Assembly (NCBI GenBank): GCA_964200075.2
Contig: CAXNAA020000004.1
Coordinates: 1 to 56,402 of the forward strand
Direction of reading: 5' to 3'
Source: Sphacelaria rigidula
Lineage: Eukaryota
DNA length: 56,402 nt
Each line of letters opens with the position of its first letter. The first letter of the stretch is position 1. The notes beneath the pieces are model-generated. The model did not search any database. It saw only the letters and a program-made list of their open reading frames with translations, and was not told the origin of the DNA. Positions 1 to 10,257 of the stretch are shown here, piece after piece. The translations under genes and the position numbers were made by a program.

Positions 1-34
1 TCTCGAAAGGGATGCGTGGTCAATGGTCAAACGA

Positions 35-883
35 CTAAGGCAAGCAACAATTGAGTACGCCCCCCCCCTCGTAGTGTCTAGCTCTTGCTCCCGAGGCTTT
101 CTCCCTCTCCAAGTAGCGCTGCTTATCGCTGACGAACCACTTGTCGTGGAAAGCCCAAAACTCGGCGGAACCCACGCGAAACTTCCTCCCGAACTTCGCC
201 TTGTACCAGAAGCACACATCTGACACCATGGTACTCGGCCTCGTGTTGTCCAACACCAAGCACTGGTAGTTTTGAGTGCAGGCTTCGAGGACCGTCTGGA
301 ATTCTTTGCGCTTGTCAAACGCTCCAAAGTAGTTCTCGTGGAGGTTCTTGATGGAGGAGACGCTGTTTTGTTTGAGGACGTACACGTAGTCGGCGTTGGT
401 ACGCAGGTCTACGCCGACGTCCATGCAGTACTGACAGGCGACGATGAGTATGATGTGGTGGTGCCTCCCATTCATGAAAATCTGGCGAATGATCTCGCTC
501 TTGAGGACGTCCTTCTTGTACCCAACGTCGTCGAGGACAACAACGATTCGGGTGTCCAATTTGGGATCCACCTCTCCAAGCTGTTTTTGCATCGCGAGCT
601 TTTTTTGATTCTCGACGATCGCTTCGAGCCTGTTCTCAACATCTTTATCGTCGAAAATAAAGGTACCGGGGACGAACTGCTTGTAGAAGCCGTTGGATTC
701 CTCGGTCCCGCTGAAGACACACGCTCGAGGAACCCCGTTTTTGGACAGGTAAAAGAGGATATCTTGAATCAGAGTACTCTTCCCGGTGTGTTTCTTACCT
801 ACGACGATCGCGTTAAACAGGTTTTTGCAACACCCCCTGATGTTAAACGCCGACAGATTAATCATCCTGTCTTTCTTCTCCAT
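35..883 (-). CDS. A32: A32-like virion DNA packaging ATPase (FtsK/HerA superfamily, NCLDV core gene)
   Basis: Walker A GKKHTGKS, Walker B IVVVLDD, and downstream FMNGRHH..I...CQY and LRTNADY motifs typical of NCLDV A32 ATPases; 282 aa. Confidence 0.93.
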   Translation of the reverse strand: MEKKDRMINLSAFNIRGCCKNLFNAIVVGKKHTGKSTLIQDILFYLSKNGVPRACVFSGTEESNGFYKQFVPGTFIFDDKDVENRLEAIVENQKKLAMQKQLGEVDPKLDTRIVVVLDDVGYKKDVLKSEIIRQIFMNGRHHHIILIVACQYCMDVGVDLRTNADYVYVLKQNSVSSIKNLHENYFGAFDKRKEFQTVLEACTQNYQCLVLDNTRPSTMVSDVCFWYKAKFGRKFRVGSAEFWAFHDKWFVSDKQRYLEREKASGARARHYEGGGVLNCCLP

Positions 884-987
884 CTGAGAGTTAGTTACAG
901 ATTATATACACCTGAGCGGAGAAAATAATCGAAGCAAGAAGAGCGGAGATTTGACTCTACGGTATGGATCCAACTCCCGTGATATTC

Positions 988-1748
988 CTATCCATCTACG
1001 GCTTCTGCTGAGTCATCTCCGTCTTCGTCTTCACCGACGTACAGGAGAGACTGAAAGTCGCCGACACCCATGAAAGCCTGAAGGTCGCCGACACTGACGA
1101 GAGGCTTTGAGTCGTCGACGGTGGGCGACCTGCGACGCCAACGAAATTAGGAACACGGTCAATCTAGGAAATTTATACACAAAGAGGTGGAAATAAATTT
1201 GGAGCTTGGGTTCGAACAAACTTACAGGTGTCCGTGCAGCTGTTGGAGATCAACCTCGTGCTGCTGCGTGTGCTGCTGCCTGGGGTTCTGGTACTGCTCT
1301 TGCTTCTTGGGCTGCTCGGGCTGCGGCTGATCTTCGTACATGTATGCGCCACCGATTATGCCGCACTGTCCCGCCGCGTGGTCATACTGGCTCGGGTACG
1401 GCTGTGGGTGGTGAACGTGTACACGCAGTTTCAGCTTTCGCAGCATTCGCAGCATTCGCAGCATTCACAGCATTCACAGCATTCACAGCATTCACAGCTA
1501 TCACAAGCAATCAGGAAACGTCAACCATAGATCGGAGTGGACTTAATACATACCTTGCAAGGGAATGACAATCCCGAGTCGATCTTTCGTAGGTACTTCT
1601 GCGCATGTGTCCGGATTTGGAGTGCGGACCGAGTTGGCACTAGGCTAACGATGGCGTCCCAGTTCTTGCCGAACAGCTCGTGGCCTCGGAGAAAAGCCTC
1701 ATGCTCTTCACGCGTCCACGTCCCCTTGTTTCCCTTAATAACTTTCAT
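988..1748 (-). CDS. Spliced SHAQKYF-class MYB-like transcription factor; exons 1748-1554, 1401-1226, 1129-988
   Basis: GTWTREEHEAFLRGHELFGKNWDAIVSLVPTRSALQIRTHAQKY is a single MYB repeat. Donor AAG|GTATGT (1553) joins acceptor CACAG| (1402) in phase 0; donor CCT|GTAAGT (1225) joins acceptor CGCAG| (1130) in phase 2. The spliced frame is open to TAG at 990-988. The start ATG at 1748 is uncertain. Confidence 0.8.
1435..1500. repeat. 9-bp microsatellite (CAGCATTCR) x ~6 inside MYB intron 1
   Basis: Direct tandem cagcattcg/cagcattca copies visible in the sequence. Confidence 0.85.
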
Positions 1749-2190
1749 TGCTTCAACTTCTTGATATCGAGATGGTGAAAGGCGTGGTGGCGCAGCAGTA
1801 TTGACGCAGTGGTGAACAAGCAGTAATATTTGAGGCGCACTGTGGCGGAACGGGCGGATCCACTGGCGCAACTGGTCGATCTTGAGTTCCTAAAAACTGT
1901 GTATCATCGGAGAAACTTTTGTTGTGTCCCTTTGTCCAACAAACAATCTTGCGTTCAATATTGTGTAAATATTCTGTATTCTGTGTCCCTTTGTCCAATT
2001 CTGTGTCCCTTTGTCGAAGACACAAAGAATAATTAAAAATGTTTTGAAGAGCCATATCTACAAATGTAAACATTGTGACCATTCAGACTTCCTTGAATTT
2101 CGAGCGCCACCGGCCTCCTCCGTCGTAAACATTGTAAACATTGTGAACATTCAGACTTCCTTATATACAACATGTACAACATCTACTCTC

Positions 2191-3150
2191 CTAAGAGTTT
2201 AGTCGCCGTCTTTTCTTACTGCCCGGACAGTTGTTGGCCTTGGTGTACTCTACAACCCGTTTGTGCTTCCTGTCCACCGCAACTTTGAACGTCAACGAAT
2301 TCCACGGGCAAGGAGGGTTTTGAGACCTCGCCCACTCCAGCACCTCCAAGTGACCGCCGTATGCCGACATCCAACAAACTCGCGGATCCCATGGACACCC
2401 AAGACCCCTTAGGTACTTGACCAAGTCCAAGTGGCCCTTCAATGCTGCCATGGAGATGAGCGAAGCGTCTAAGTTGCAACCAGACTCGTGAAGGACATTC
2501 ACCGTGTCCCTACTTCCACTAAGACCACTGTACGTCATGACCTTCTCAGAGAACCCTCGGAACTTGAACACTTGGCTAAACACACGAAGAGCGGGAATAT
2601 TCCCGGTCTTCGCCGCCTCAACCTCGGCATCTTCGTCCAACTCACACTTGTTCTTCATCAACCACCTAATTACTTCTACACTGTTGGGCGCGTGGACCGC
2701 TTCAACCATGGTCGACACACCCATCGCGTAGTAACCCTTCTTGAAGTACTCCAACAACTCGACAGAACCCGACCTAGCCGCAGCATCCATCATCGGGACT
2801 ACCCGCCTCGAAGCCAACCTGAGGCCCCTCCTCTTGGCGTACAGCCTGACTCGGATGACGCCTCTGAGGTCTCCGCGCCAAGCTGCTGCCCTCATACACT
2901 GTGTAATCAAGAGATTCCCTTCTACTCTTGTTTCGTGGACCAGTCTTGAAATCCTTCGCCTAGACTCCGTCACCATGTGCTTGCTCGTCCGCTTGGCATA
3001 CTTGGGCGAAGTCTTCGGGTGAGAGTTTGTTTGCCATGCTTCATGAAAGCTTTTGTTCAGGCATCCGAGGTAGAGGTACGAGTCGGTCCCGTAGAATTCC
3101 TTGATTATTCTGAAGAGGTGGAAGTCCCCCAGGACTGCAGAGACGGACAT
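2191..3150 (-). CDS. Ankyrin-repeat protein (GCPWD-type repeats common in phaeoviruses and brown algae)
   Basis: AALKGHLDLVKYLRGLGCPWD and SAYGGHLEVLEWARSQNPPCPWN repeats; ATG at 3150 (MSVSAVL) preferred over the GTG at 3357. Confidence 0.85.
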   Translation of the reverse strand: MSVSAVLGDFHLFRIIKEFYGTDSYLYLGCLNKSFHEAWQTNSHPKTSPKYAKRTSKHMVTESRRRISRLVHETRVEGNLLITQCMRAAAWRGDLRGVIRVRLYAKRRGLRLASRRVVPMMDAAARSGSVELLEYFKKGYYAMGVSTMVEAVHAPNSVEVIRWLMKNKCELDEDAEVEAAKTGNIPALRVFSQVFKFRGFSEKVMTYSGLSGSRDTVNVLHESGCNLDASLISMAALKGHLDLVKYLRGLGCPWDPRVCWMSAYGGHLEVLEWARSQNPPCPWNSLTFKVAVDRKHKRVVEYTKANNCPGSKKRRRLNS

Positions 3151-3252
3151 GTCGTACTCGAGTGTTGCCGATGGTTCAAAAAGGAAATGACGTATATGGG
3201 CACCAATAATATATACAAATATCGAAAATACAAAAATGGAAGAAATATTTTC

Positions 3253-3270
3253 GAAAAAAATATTTTTTTC
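3253..3270. promoter_or_regulatory. A/T palindrome GAAAAAAATATTTTTTTC, candidate promoter element
   Basis: Perfect 18-bp palindrome about 100 bp upstream of the ankyrin ATG; similar elements at 3458-3469 and 10168-10181 lie 75-90 bp upstream of other ATGs. Confidence 0.4.
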
Positions 3271-3544
3271 AAATTCTTCAAAAAAAAATCTGGATGAAAT
3301 GATGGACTTCCACGGCGACTGCATCCACGACCGTGATGTCCACACCGGTACTCTCACTTGAAACTACCAGTTTTAGGGGGTCATAAGCACGGATCTTGAA
3401 GAAAATCCAGCGTAAGCAGGAATACGAAAAATATCCAAATCATGGACCCGATCTTCCAAAAATATTTTTTCTGTCGACTTCTCGCCCACCCCAATCACTT
3501 TCCCACCCCCTCCCGCTCTCTCTCAAACACACAACAAGTTTGAC

Positions 3545-6274
3545 ATGGCGGACGATTCGAGTTCCTCGCATTCACGTGGCGCTTCACCCACACATCGCCC
3601 ACGAACTCCTTCTGGTAAGCATGTCGTACTTATCATCCAAGGGAATTCCATGAACGACAATCATGACTAAATATTGTGCGTTTGGCACATTCCCCGTGAC
3701 AATCCCCGTGACATGTTGTGCATGTTGTTTGTTTGGTATCCCTGTTTGATGACATCTTTCACTTGATGCACAATCCCCGTGACATGTTGTGCATGTTGTT
3801 TGTATGGTATTCCTGTTCGATGACATCTTTCACTTGATGCACAATCCCCGTGACATGTTGTGCATGTTGTTTGTTTGGTATCCCTGTTCGATGACATCTT
3901 TCACTTGATGCACAATCCCCGTGACACGTTGTGCATGTTGTTTGTTTGGTATTCCTGTTCGATGACATCTTTCACTTGATGCACAATCCTCGTGACAGGT
4001 TGTGCATGATTGTGCATTTGGTATCCCTGTTCGATGACATCTTTCACTTGATGCACAATTCCCCGTGACATGTTTGGTATTCCTGTTCGATGACATCTTT
4101 TACTTCATGCACAATTCCCCGTGACATGTTGTGCATGTTGTTTGTTTGGTATTCCTGTTCGATGACATCTTTCACTTGATGCACAATCCCCGTGACATGT
4201 TGTGCATGTTGTTTGTATGGTATTCTTGTTCGATGATATCTTTCACTTGACGCACAATCCTCGTGACATGTTGTGCATGATTGTGCATTTGGTATTCGTG
4301 TTCGATGACATCTTTTACTTGATGCACAATTCCCCGTGACATGTTGTGCATGATTGTGCATTTGGTATTCGTGTTCGATGACATCTTTCACTTGATGCAC
4401 AATCTCCGTAACATGTTGTGCATTGTGTTTGTTTGGTATTTCTTTTCGATGACATCTTTTACTTGATGCACAATCCCCATGACATGTTGTGCATGTTGTT
4501 TGTTTGGTATGCCTGTTCGATGACATCTTTCACTTGATGCACAATCCCCATGACATGTTGTGCATGTTGTTTGTTTGGTATACCTGTTCGATGACATCTT
4601 TCACTTGATTGTGCATGTTGTTATCTTTCACTTGATGCACAATCCCCGTGACATGTTTGGTATTCCTGTTCGATGACATCTTTCACTTGATGCACAATCC
4701 CCGTGACATGGTGTGCATGTTGTGCATTTGGTGTTCCTCGTGACTGTTATGCATGTTGTACAGAGCCCTCATCTCCCGTTGGCCCGAGGGCCCTTTTCAA
4801 CGGTGGGTCTCCGGTGACACCGACCCCGTCCTTGATCGGCGCTGCCGTTGGTGCTGGCACGCTGTCGTTGATGGAGTCCGCTGGAGAGCCGGATGATGCC
4901 GGAGGTGCTGCCGAAGGTGCTGCCGGAGGTGTTGCCGAAGGTGCCGCCGGTACCATCGTCTCTGCCGGAGGTGCCGCAAGTTCCGACCTAGCTGCGTTCA
5001 CTGGCGCAAAGACTCTCAAGGAGCTCGGCCTGATGACTCTAAGAACGCTGACAGCTGTATCGCAGCAAGTCTCGGACGTTGGTGCAGAGTTCAGGCAATT
5101 TAAAGAGGATCAGGCAAAAGAGTTTGCGGAGCGGAGGAGAGAGCAGGAAAAGGAGACTGCGGAGCAGAAGAAGTTAAGGGAGCAGGCAAAGAAGCAAGAG
5201 GAGAGGATGAAGAAGCAGGAGGAGAGGATGAAGAAGCACGAGGAGAAGCTCAAAAAGGTTGCCAAGTCGTCAAACTATCTCCGCGTCCACGATGTCGGCA
5301 CTAGAGTCTACCCTCTGCTTCCTCGTCTTTGCGACGGGTACGTCGGGTTGGCTGGGTGGATTCCCGTCGACCACAAGATGGAAAACAGGGTGCTCAAGCT
5401 CGTCGTTCTGTCCATTCCCGTGACCAAGTGGTGGCTCAAGCAGCTGGACCCGTCCTTGGCGTCCGTAAACCTTGACAACTTTCTCAAAGGTTGCTTCGTA
5501 CAATACAACTTCCCCGGGCTCGACCTTCACAAGATGGACATCCAAGAGTTCACAGCTCTACTCCTCAAGACGCCGTTCAGGAAGTACATGGTCGCGCCAA
5601 AGGCGACAGCGACGCAGAAGGCGAACAATACGAACTACATCATCATGAGCCAAGAGTACTTCCGGGGCCTGCTGAATGACATTTACGACGAGTTCGGGAA
5701 GCCGTCCTCGGAGGATTTCGAGGACCTCCCGGCGAACCTGAAGCTTCCCGATTTGATGACCCAACAGTTCGCCGTCACAGCAGCATCCGAGGACGAAGAA
5801 AGCGACACCCCATTCATCGAGACCCTTGACCGTGCTCTCACGTACGAGGAACGCAAGACTTGCCCTGCCGCCAACTTCTCTTGGTGGCGAGAGGCGTACG
5901 GGTCGGGCATGAGGGAATTCTTCGGTATGCCTGCCGAAGACGACGAAGGCATCCTGTATCACGTGCGGAACGGAGTGTACGCCCCGGAGTCATCGAGGAA
6001 GAGAACGGTGGGTAACTTCAAGAAGTTTTTGGAGCGGTACGGACGAGTGAAGGAGGACACCGACTCAGTGCAGCGGCCGAAGGGCAAAGGCAAGGGGAAG
6101 GCCCCGAATAGCGCCGCAAAGAAGGTGGTGAAGAAGAAGAAGGTGGTCAAGAAGGGTACTGCATCATCGACGACTACATCGTCTTCCTCGGCGAAGAAGA
6201 AGACCGCTTCCACCACCACCAACAACAAGAAGCGGTCGGCCGAAGGCGGTGGATCGTCGAGCGGTTCCACCTAG
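3545..6274 (+). CDS. Spliced hypothetical protein with coiled coil and Lys-rich tail; exon 1 3545-3614, intron 3615-4763, exon 2 4764-6274
   Basis: ATG 3545 opens MADDSSSSHSRGASPTHRPRTPS, then G|GTAAGC. The acceptor TGTACAG| at 4763 is phase 1 and restores GAG in the frame of the long 4703-6274 ORF, which has no ATG until 4871. Confidence 0.72.
3690..4760. repeat. 71-bp tandem array, ~15 copies, inside the predicted intron (array 1)
   Basis: Unit aatccccgtgacatgttgtgcatgttgtttgtttggtatYcctgttcgatgacatctttcacttgatgcac starts at 3701, 3772, 3843, 3914, 3985; some units are internally deleted. Confidence 0.97.
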
Positions 6275-6348
6275 AAGAAGAAGAAGAAGAAGACGTAGAG
6301 CTCGTCGTCGTACGCAGAGTAGTGGCAAAAATGTAGGACTTGTACAAG

Positions 6349-7056
6349 ATGCCAAACATGTCAAACATGCCAAAGTCTTGTGTATCGGTGATTACGCCGA
6401 CGATGCGGTCGAGGACGAAGTTCATTGATCTGATGCTGCTCAACGTAAGTAGTCAGACATATCCGCATGAACGACTTGAGTGGGTGGTTGTGCGGGACTC
6501 CGATGATTTTACAAGGGGCATTTTTTTGGAAGCCTTCAAAACAATACCTACCATATCTTGCCGATACTTTTCGTGTGACATTGACGGAGATATCGGCAAG
6601 AAAAGAAACTACGCTTGTTCTCTTGCGAAACACAAGATCTTAGCTTCGATTGACGATGACGACGTGTACAACAGGGAGTACCTTGAGTATTCCGTCTCAG
6701 ACATGAATAAAAGGGGAGTCAACATGGTTGGTTGCCGCGACATGCTCGTATTCTTCCCCCATTTCGAAGGCAAGATGACATGCGTGCGGGGTTCGCTGGT
6801 TCACGAGGCTACCATCGTTTGTCGGAAACAGCACTGGCGCAAGTGCAAGTACTCTGAAAAGTGCATGAAGGGCGAGGGTTCTTCGATGGTGGCTGGGTCT
6901 TTTTTCAACGAGATGGACATTACGAAAGTCATGGTTTGTATGGCCCACAACTCTAACACGTACGACAAGACGAAACTTCTTGAATCCGCCGAGGTTGTCA
7001 TCGCAGACAGTACACGAAAAAGACTTCTTCTTCTCCACCAAGAAGTGATGCGTTGA
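6349..7056 (+). CDS. Glycosyltransferase family 2 (GT-A fold)
   Basis: VSVITPT, QTYP..LEWVVV, IGKKRN, and IDDDDVY (DxD) motifs. Confidence 0.85.
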   Translation: MPNMSNMPKSCVSVITPTMRSRTKFIDLMLLNVSSQTYPHERLEWVVVRDSDDFTRGIFLEAFKTIPTISCRYFSCDIDGDIGKKRNYACSLAKHKILASIDDDDVYNREYLEYSVSDMNKRGVNMVGCRDMLVFFPHFEGKMTCVRGSLVHEATIVCRKQHWRKCKYSEKCMKGEGSSMVAGSFFNEMDITKVMVCMAHNSNTYDKTKLLESAEVVIADSTRKRLLLLHQEVMR

Positions 7057-7104
7057 ACGGACTTCGTTTTTTTAATTGCCCATGGTCAAAAAAATACTCT
7101 AGCG

Positions 7105-7614
7105 ATGACCTCTCGCGTACTTGTCGGAGCGGTCAGAGGTAGCCTCTTCGGTCTCATAGGCGGATTTGTTCTCGGAGCCGCGGGCAACGTCGTCGCTCCT
7201 CCCGTTGAGTACGAGAGAATACTCGTCTGGTCAAACAAGTTTGGCAAGAGGACGCGATTCACCCACCTAGAGTCGGCCTCGATCTTGAAAGAGGACCTAC
7301 TGGAAGTCTTTAAGCAACGCCACTACAACATTGATGCTTTGAACGAAGCCTTCCGGAACATCCAGAGTGCCATAACGCTTTACCACCCCGTCAAGGCCGA
7401 GCAAGAGGCGGCCGAGGTTATGACTGCCACACGAATGACCAACTACGTCATCCGAGCTTCCAAAGCGATGGAAGCCATCCACGTTGAAATCTTGGTGAAC
7501 GATGCCGTCAAGGCTTCCCATTTCCAGAAAGCCATGATGAACATACAGCTCTCCCTGGAGGACATGATCAATTTCGTTAGACTCAAGTCCAAGAATGTCC
7601 TTCCGACGATGTAA
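7105..7614 (+). CDS. Hypothetical protein with N-terminal hydrophobic Gly-rich segment
   Basis: 169-aa ATG ORF with virus-like codon usage. Confidence 0.7.
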   Translation: MTSRVLVGAVRGSLFGLIGGFVLGAAGNVVAPPVEYERILVWSNKFGKRTRFTHLESASILKEDLLEVFKQRHYNIDALNEAFRNIQSAITLYHPVKAEQEAAEVMTATRMTNYVIRASKAMEAIHVEILVNDAVKASHFQKAMMNIQLSLEDMINFVRLKSKNVLPTM

Positions 7615-7662
7615 CCCTCGTACGTGTGTCCCGACTTTTTATCTCTTCGAAAAGTAAAAAAG

Positions 7663-8187
7663 ATGTCTGCCATCACGTACCAGTCGTTCAACAGCCTTTT
7701 GTGCGAGTTTGTTTCCGAGCTCAGCCAAACGTTTGACGAATACCCCGAGCTCGCAAAGTCGAATGAAACCCTGACTTCGCTCATGGCCTTAGCCGACACC
7801 ATTTCTCTCCCGATGAAGACCTTTCACAAGACGTTCGAAAAGCATTCCTCGATGATCATGAATAAGGACCCTACCCTGTTCGAGAAGTGCAGCATACCGT
7901 ACACGGACTCTTTTGACCTGAACAAGGAGTACAACGAGTCTGACGCGGATACCCAGAACGCCATCCGGAACTACCTCCAGCAACTATTCGTGACGGCAAC
8001 GACGGTGCGAAACATGCCGGCATCGATGATGACCAACATCGAGAGTGTAGCCCAGGCCTGCATGCAGAAGGTCCAGTCGGGGGAAGTGACGGAAGAACAG
8101 GCGCAGAACCCTTTGTTCATCATGCAGCAGCTGCAGCAGAACCCCGACCTGATGAAGGCAATGCAACCGGATGATGGGCAAGGATAG
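7663..8187 (+). CDS. Conserved NCLDV-type hypothetical protein
   Basis: FNSLLCEFVSELSQTF...KDPTLF...TQNAIRNYLQQL pattern recalled from phycodnavirus hypotheticals; ATG follows an A-rich leader. Confidence 0.7.
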   Translation: MSAITYQSFNSLLCEFVSELSQTFDEYPELAKSNETLTSLMALADTISLPMKTFHKTFEKHSSMIMNKDPTLFEKCSIPYTDSFDLNKEYNESDADTQNAIRNYLQQLFVTATTVRNMPASMMTNIESVAQACMQKVQSGEVTEEQAQNPLFIMQQLQQNPDLMKAMQPDDGQG

Positions 8188-8231
8188 ATAAATGTTTAAA
8201 TAGGTTGTCAAAAGTCATCAAGTAAAGAAAA

Positions 8232-8696
8232 CTAAGAAAATTCTAACAAGTACTTGCTTCTCTGATCGTTTGGACTCCTCTCCGAGGGCAACTGTGAATC
8301 GGGCAAGATAAAGGTGTTCTTATCCACCCCTAATCCTACGTCATCCGGTTCGGATTCCTCCTGTCTCTTCTTCTTCCTTCGTTTTCTCATCGAATTGGAA
8401 GTCTCGATGAGGTAGGAGAGAGCAAATTCTCCTGCACACTGCCCGTTGTACAAAATGAGGTGCGGGCTCAGAGCGCTCCCGGCACTTCTTAGTTGCTGGA
8501 AGCAGTATCTGATGTCCCCCACGGTCATGCCGCATATCCTAGATCTTGCGGTGGACCTATACCGCTGAGATCTTTTGGTCTGTCTCATCATCACTCTCTT
8601 CGCCTCCTGGGGTCGGTAGGAGAAGGGGTCCCGGCTGAACCCGGTCTTTTCACAGCTCTCTTCGGGTCGTTCAGAGTCGTTCTCACTTTTTATCAT
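8232..8696 (-). CDS. Hypothetical protein
   Basis: ATG at 8696 (MIKSEND), divergent from the next gene; the 5' extension in the ORF track overlaps that gene and is unlikely. Confidence 0.55.
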   Translation of the reverse strand: MIKSENDSERPEESCEKTGFSRDPFSYRPQEAKRVMMRQTKRSQRYRSTARSRICGMTVGDIRYCFQQLRSAGSALSPHLILYNGQCAGEFALSYLIETSNSMRKRRKKKRQEESEPDDVGLGVDKNTFILPDSQLPSERSPNDQRSKYLLEFS

Positions 8697-8757
8697 TCTA
8701 GGGTAAAATCCAGCTAACACTGTAACATAATAAAAATCTAAGCGAATCTTCCACAAA

Positions 8758-10164
8758 ATGGAACTCGGATACCTCTGCGACGCCGTGGACGAGTGGCAGA
8801 GAAGACGCATCCAATACCTTGAGGAAAACAACATGGCGTACGCGGACATGGCGTGGGAAGTGGAGGGCAAAATCCTGCCCGACTGCAAGCAGGTATATGC
8901 CGGATCAATTTTCTTGACGACCCTTTTCGAGACTTCCATGGCATCAGGTCGGCGCGAACAGCAAGGGCTTGTGGTATACCCGCTGAACGAAAAGCACCAC
9001 GTGTTCAACATGATCAGAGTCTTTTGCCACACGGGGCTCATCGTTTTTGCCAAGGGAGAAACAATTGTGCGCACCATCGAGCGGTACGCGGCATTTCACT
9101 ACTACGGCATCGAGCAGGGCAAACATGTTCTCAAGAGACTGATCTCAGACAACCTCACGCCTTCCAACGCCACCATGGCTTTCGAGTATGCGGTACACCG
9201 GGACGACGCGGACCTGTTGTCGGACATCAAGACGTACATCTGCAACTACGCCTTCCTTGTTTTCCGGCACAAGAGCTTCTTCAACCTACGGAGGGAGTCC
9301 ATGGGTGAACTCGTGAAGCTTTGCAAGAGCGACAAGCTCAACGTGCTCGAGGTAGACCTCTTGAGCAATCTCTACCGTCTTTGCGAGAAGAAGGTCGGTG
9401 AAAAAGAGTTCCCAGAATTCAACAATGCTTTCGATGTCTTGACCAACAAGTTCTCGTCGGACGACCTGAGCCTCTGGGACGTGGTCCGATTGACGAGCAT
9501 CTCCATGGAGGAGTTCATGCAGTTCGTGCAAAAGCACCCGGGAGCTATGACCAACGACGACATCGTCCGCGTGATGCAGACCATCTACAACCAAGATGTT
9601 GTCGAAGGGGTAGGGTCAAAGAAACGGAAGAAGTTTCAGACGGTCTCGTCCTACCCAAGGAACCTTGACTTCAGGGCGGCGCAGAACCCGCAGGCGGATG
9701 TGGCCCACTGGGAGAGGGACAAAGTACAGACATTCTTCGTCTTTGACTTTGCAAAGAAAGAGACAGTTGCGCTGCCCTCGATCTCCTTCGGGGACAGGCA
9801 CGTGCGGTGCATCGTGACTCCCTCGGACAAAAACATCGGGCTCAGAGGGCATGTCGCGAGCAGATCGTTGGCCGAGGAACACAACAAAGACGAACAAGTT
9901 TTCGTCAAGTTTAGCGCGTCTATCGTGAATTTTCGCCACGATCGCTGGAAGAAAACGTCCGTGGTGGTGAAGCTGACCAACCCTTGCGAGTTCGAAATCG
10001 TCAACGTTCTTTCATGTAACGCGATAGAGGGATCCTCGGGGACATCCACGGGATACGTTTTCGACGTCAACAAATACCCAGACTACTCGGAGCACGGGTC
10101 GTGGTTGATGATGTCGCTGTCTGTGGAAAGTGCGCTAGGGTCGCATGAAAAAAGCATTCCGTGA
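8758..10164 (+). CDS. BTB/BACK-like domain protein
   Basis: LFETSM...; LISDNLTPSNA...LLSDIKTYICNYAFLVFRHKSFFNL...LCKSDKLNVLEVDLL follows the BTB-BACK pattern. Confidence 0.7.
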   Translation: MELGYLCDAVDEWQRRRIQYLEENNMAYADMAWEVEGKILPDCKQVYAGSIFLTTLFETSMASGRREQQGLVVYPLNEKHHVFNMIRVFCHTGLIVFAKGETIVRTIERYAAFHYYGIEQGKHVLKRLISDNLTPSNATMAFEYAVHRDDADLLSDIKTYICNYAFLVFRHKSFFNLRRESMGELVKLCKSDKLNVLEVDLLSNLYRLCEKKVGEKEFPEFNNAFDVLTNKFSSDDLSLWDVVRLTSISMEEFMQFVQKHPGAMTNDDIVRVMQTIYNQDVVEGVGSKKRKKFQTVSSYPRNLDFRAAQNPQADVAHWERDKVQTFFVFDFAKKETVALPSISFGDRHVRCIVTPSDKNIGLRGHVASRSLAEEHNKDEQVFVKFSASIVNFRHDRWKKTSVVVKLTNPCEFEIVNVLSCNAIEGSSGTSTGYVFDVNKYPDYSEHGSWLMMSLSVESALGSHEKSIP

Positions 10165-10257
10165 TACAAAAAATATTTTTTTCGCAACAAATAGTTTCTT
10201 TTCGATCCCCTCAGCAATCCTCGCCCCCCCTAGCCTCACAATTTTCTCACACCCAAC

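Noticed and set aside
3584-4597. Repeated CTTCH (CxxCH) motifs in minus-strand ORFs, suggesting a multiheme cytochrome
   Set aside because: The unit is 71 bp, not a multiple of 3, so the frame shifts every copy and stops recur. These ORFs are translations of a non-coding repeat.
3690-4760. CRISPR array (also considered for 55780-56402), with the PD-(D/E)XK gene as a cas4
   Set aside because: Units are head-to-tail with no unique spacers, and no cas1, cas2 or effector gene is present. The nuclease is a common standalone NCLDV type.
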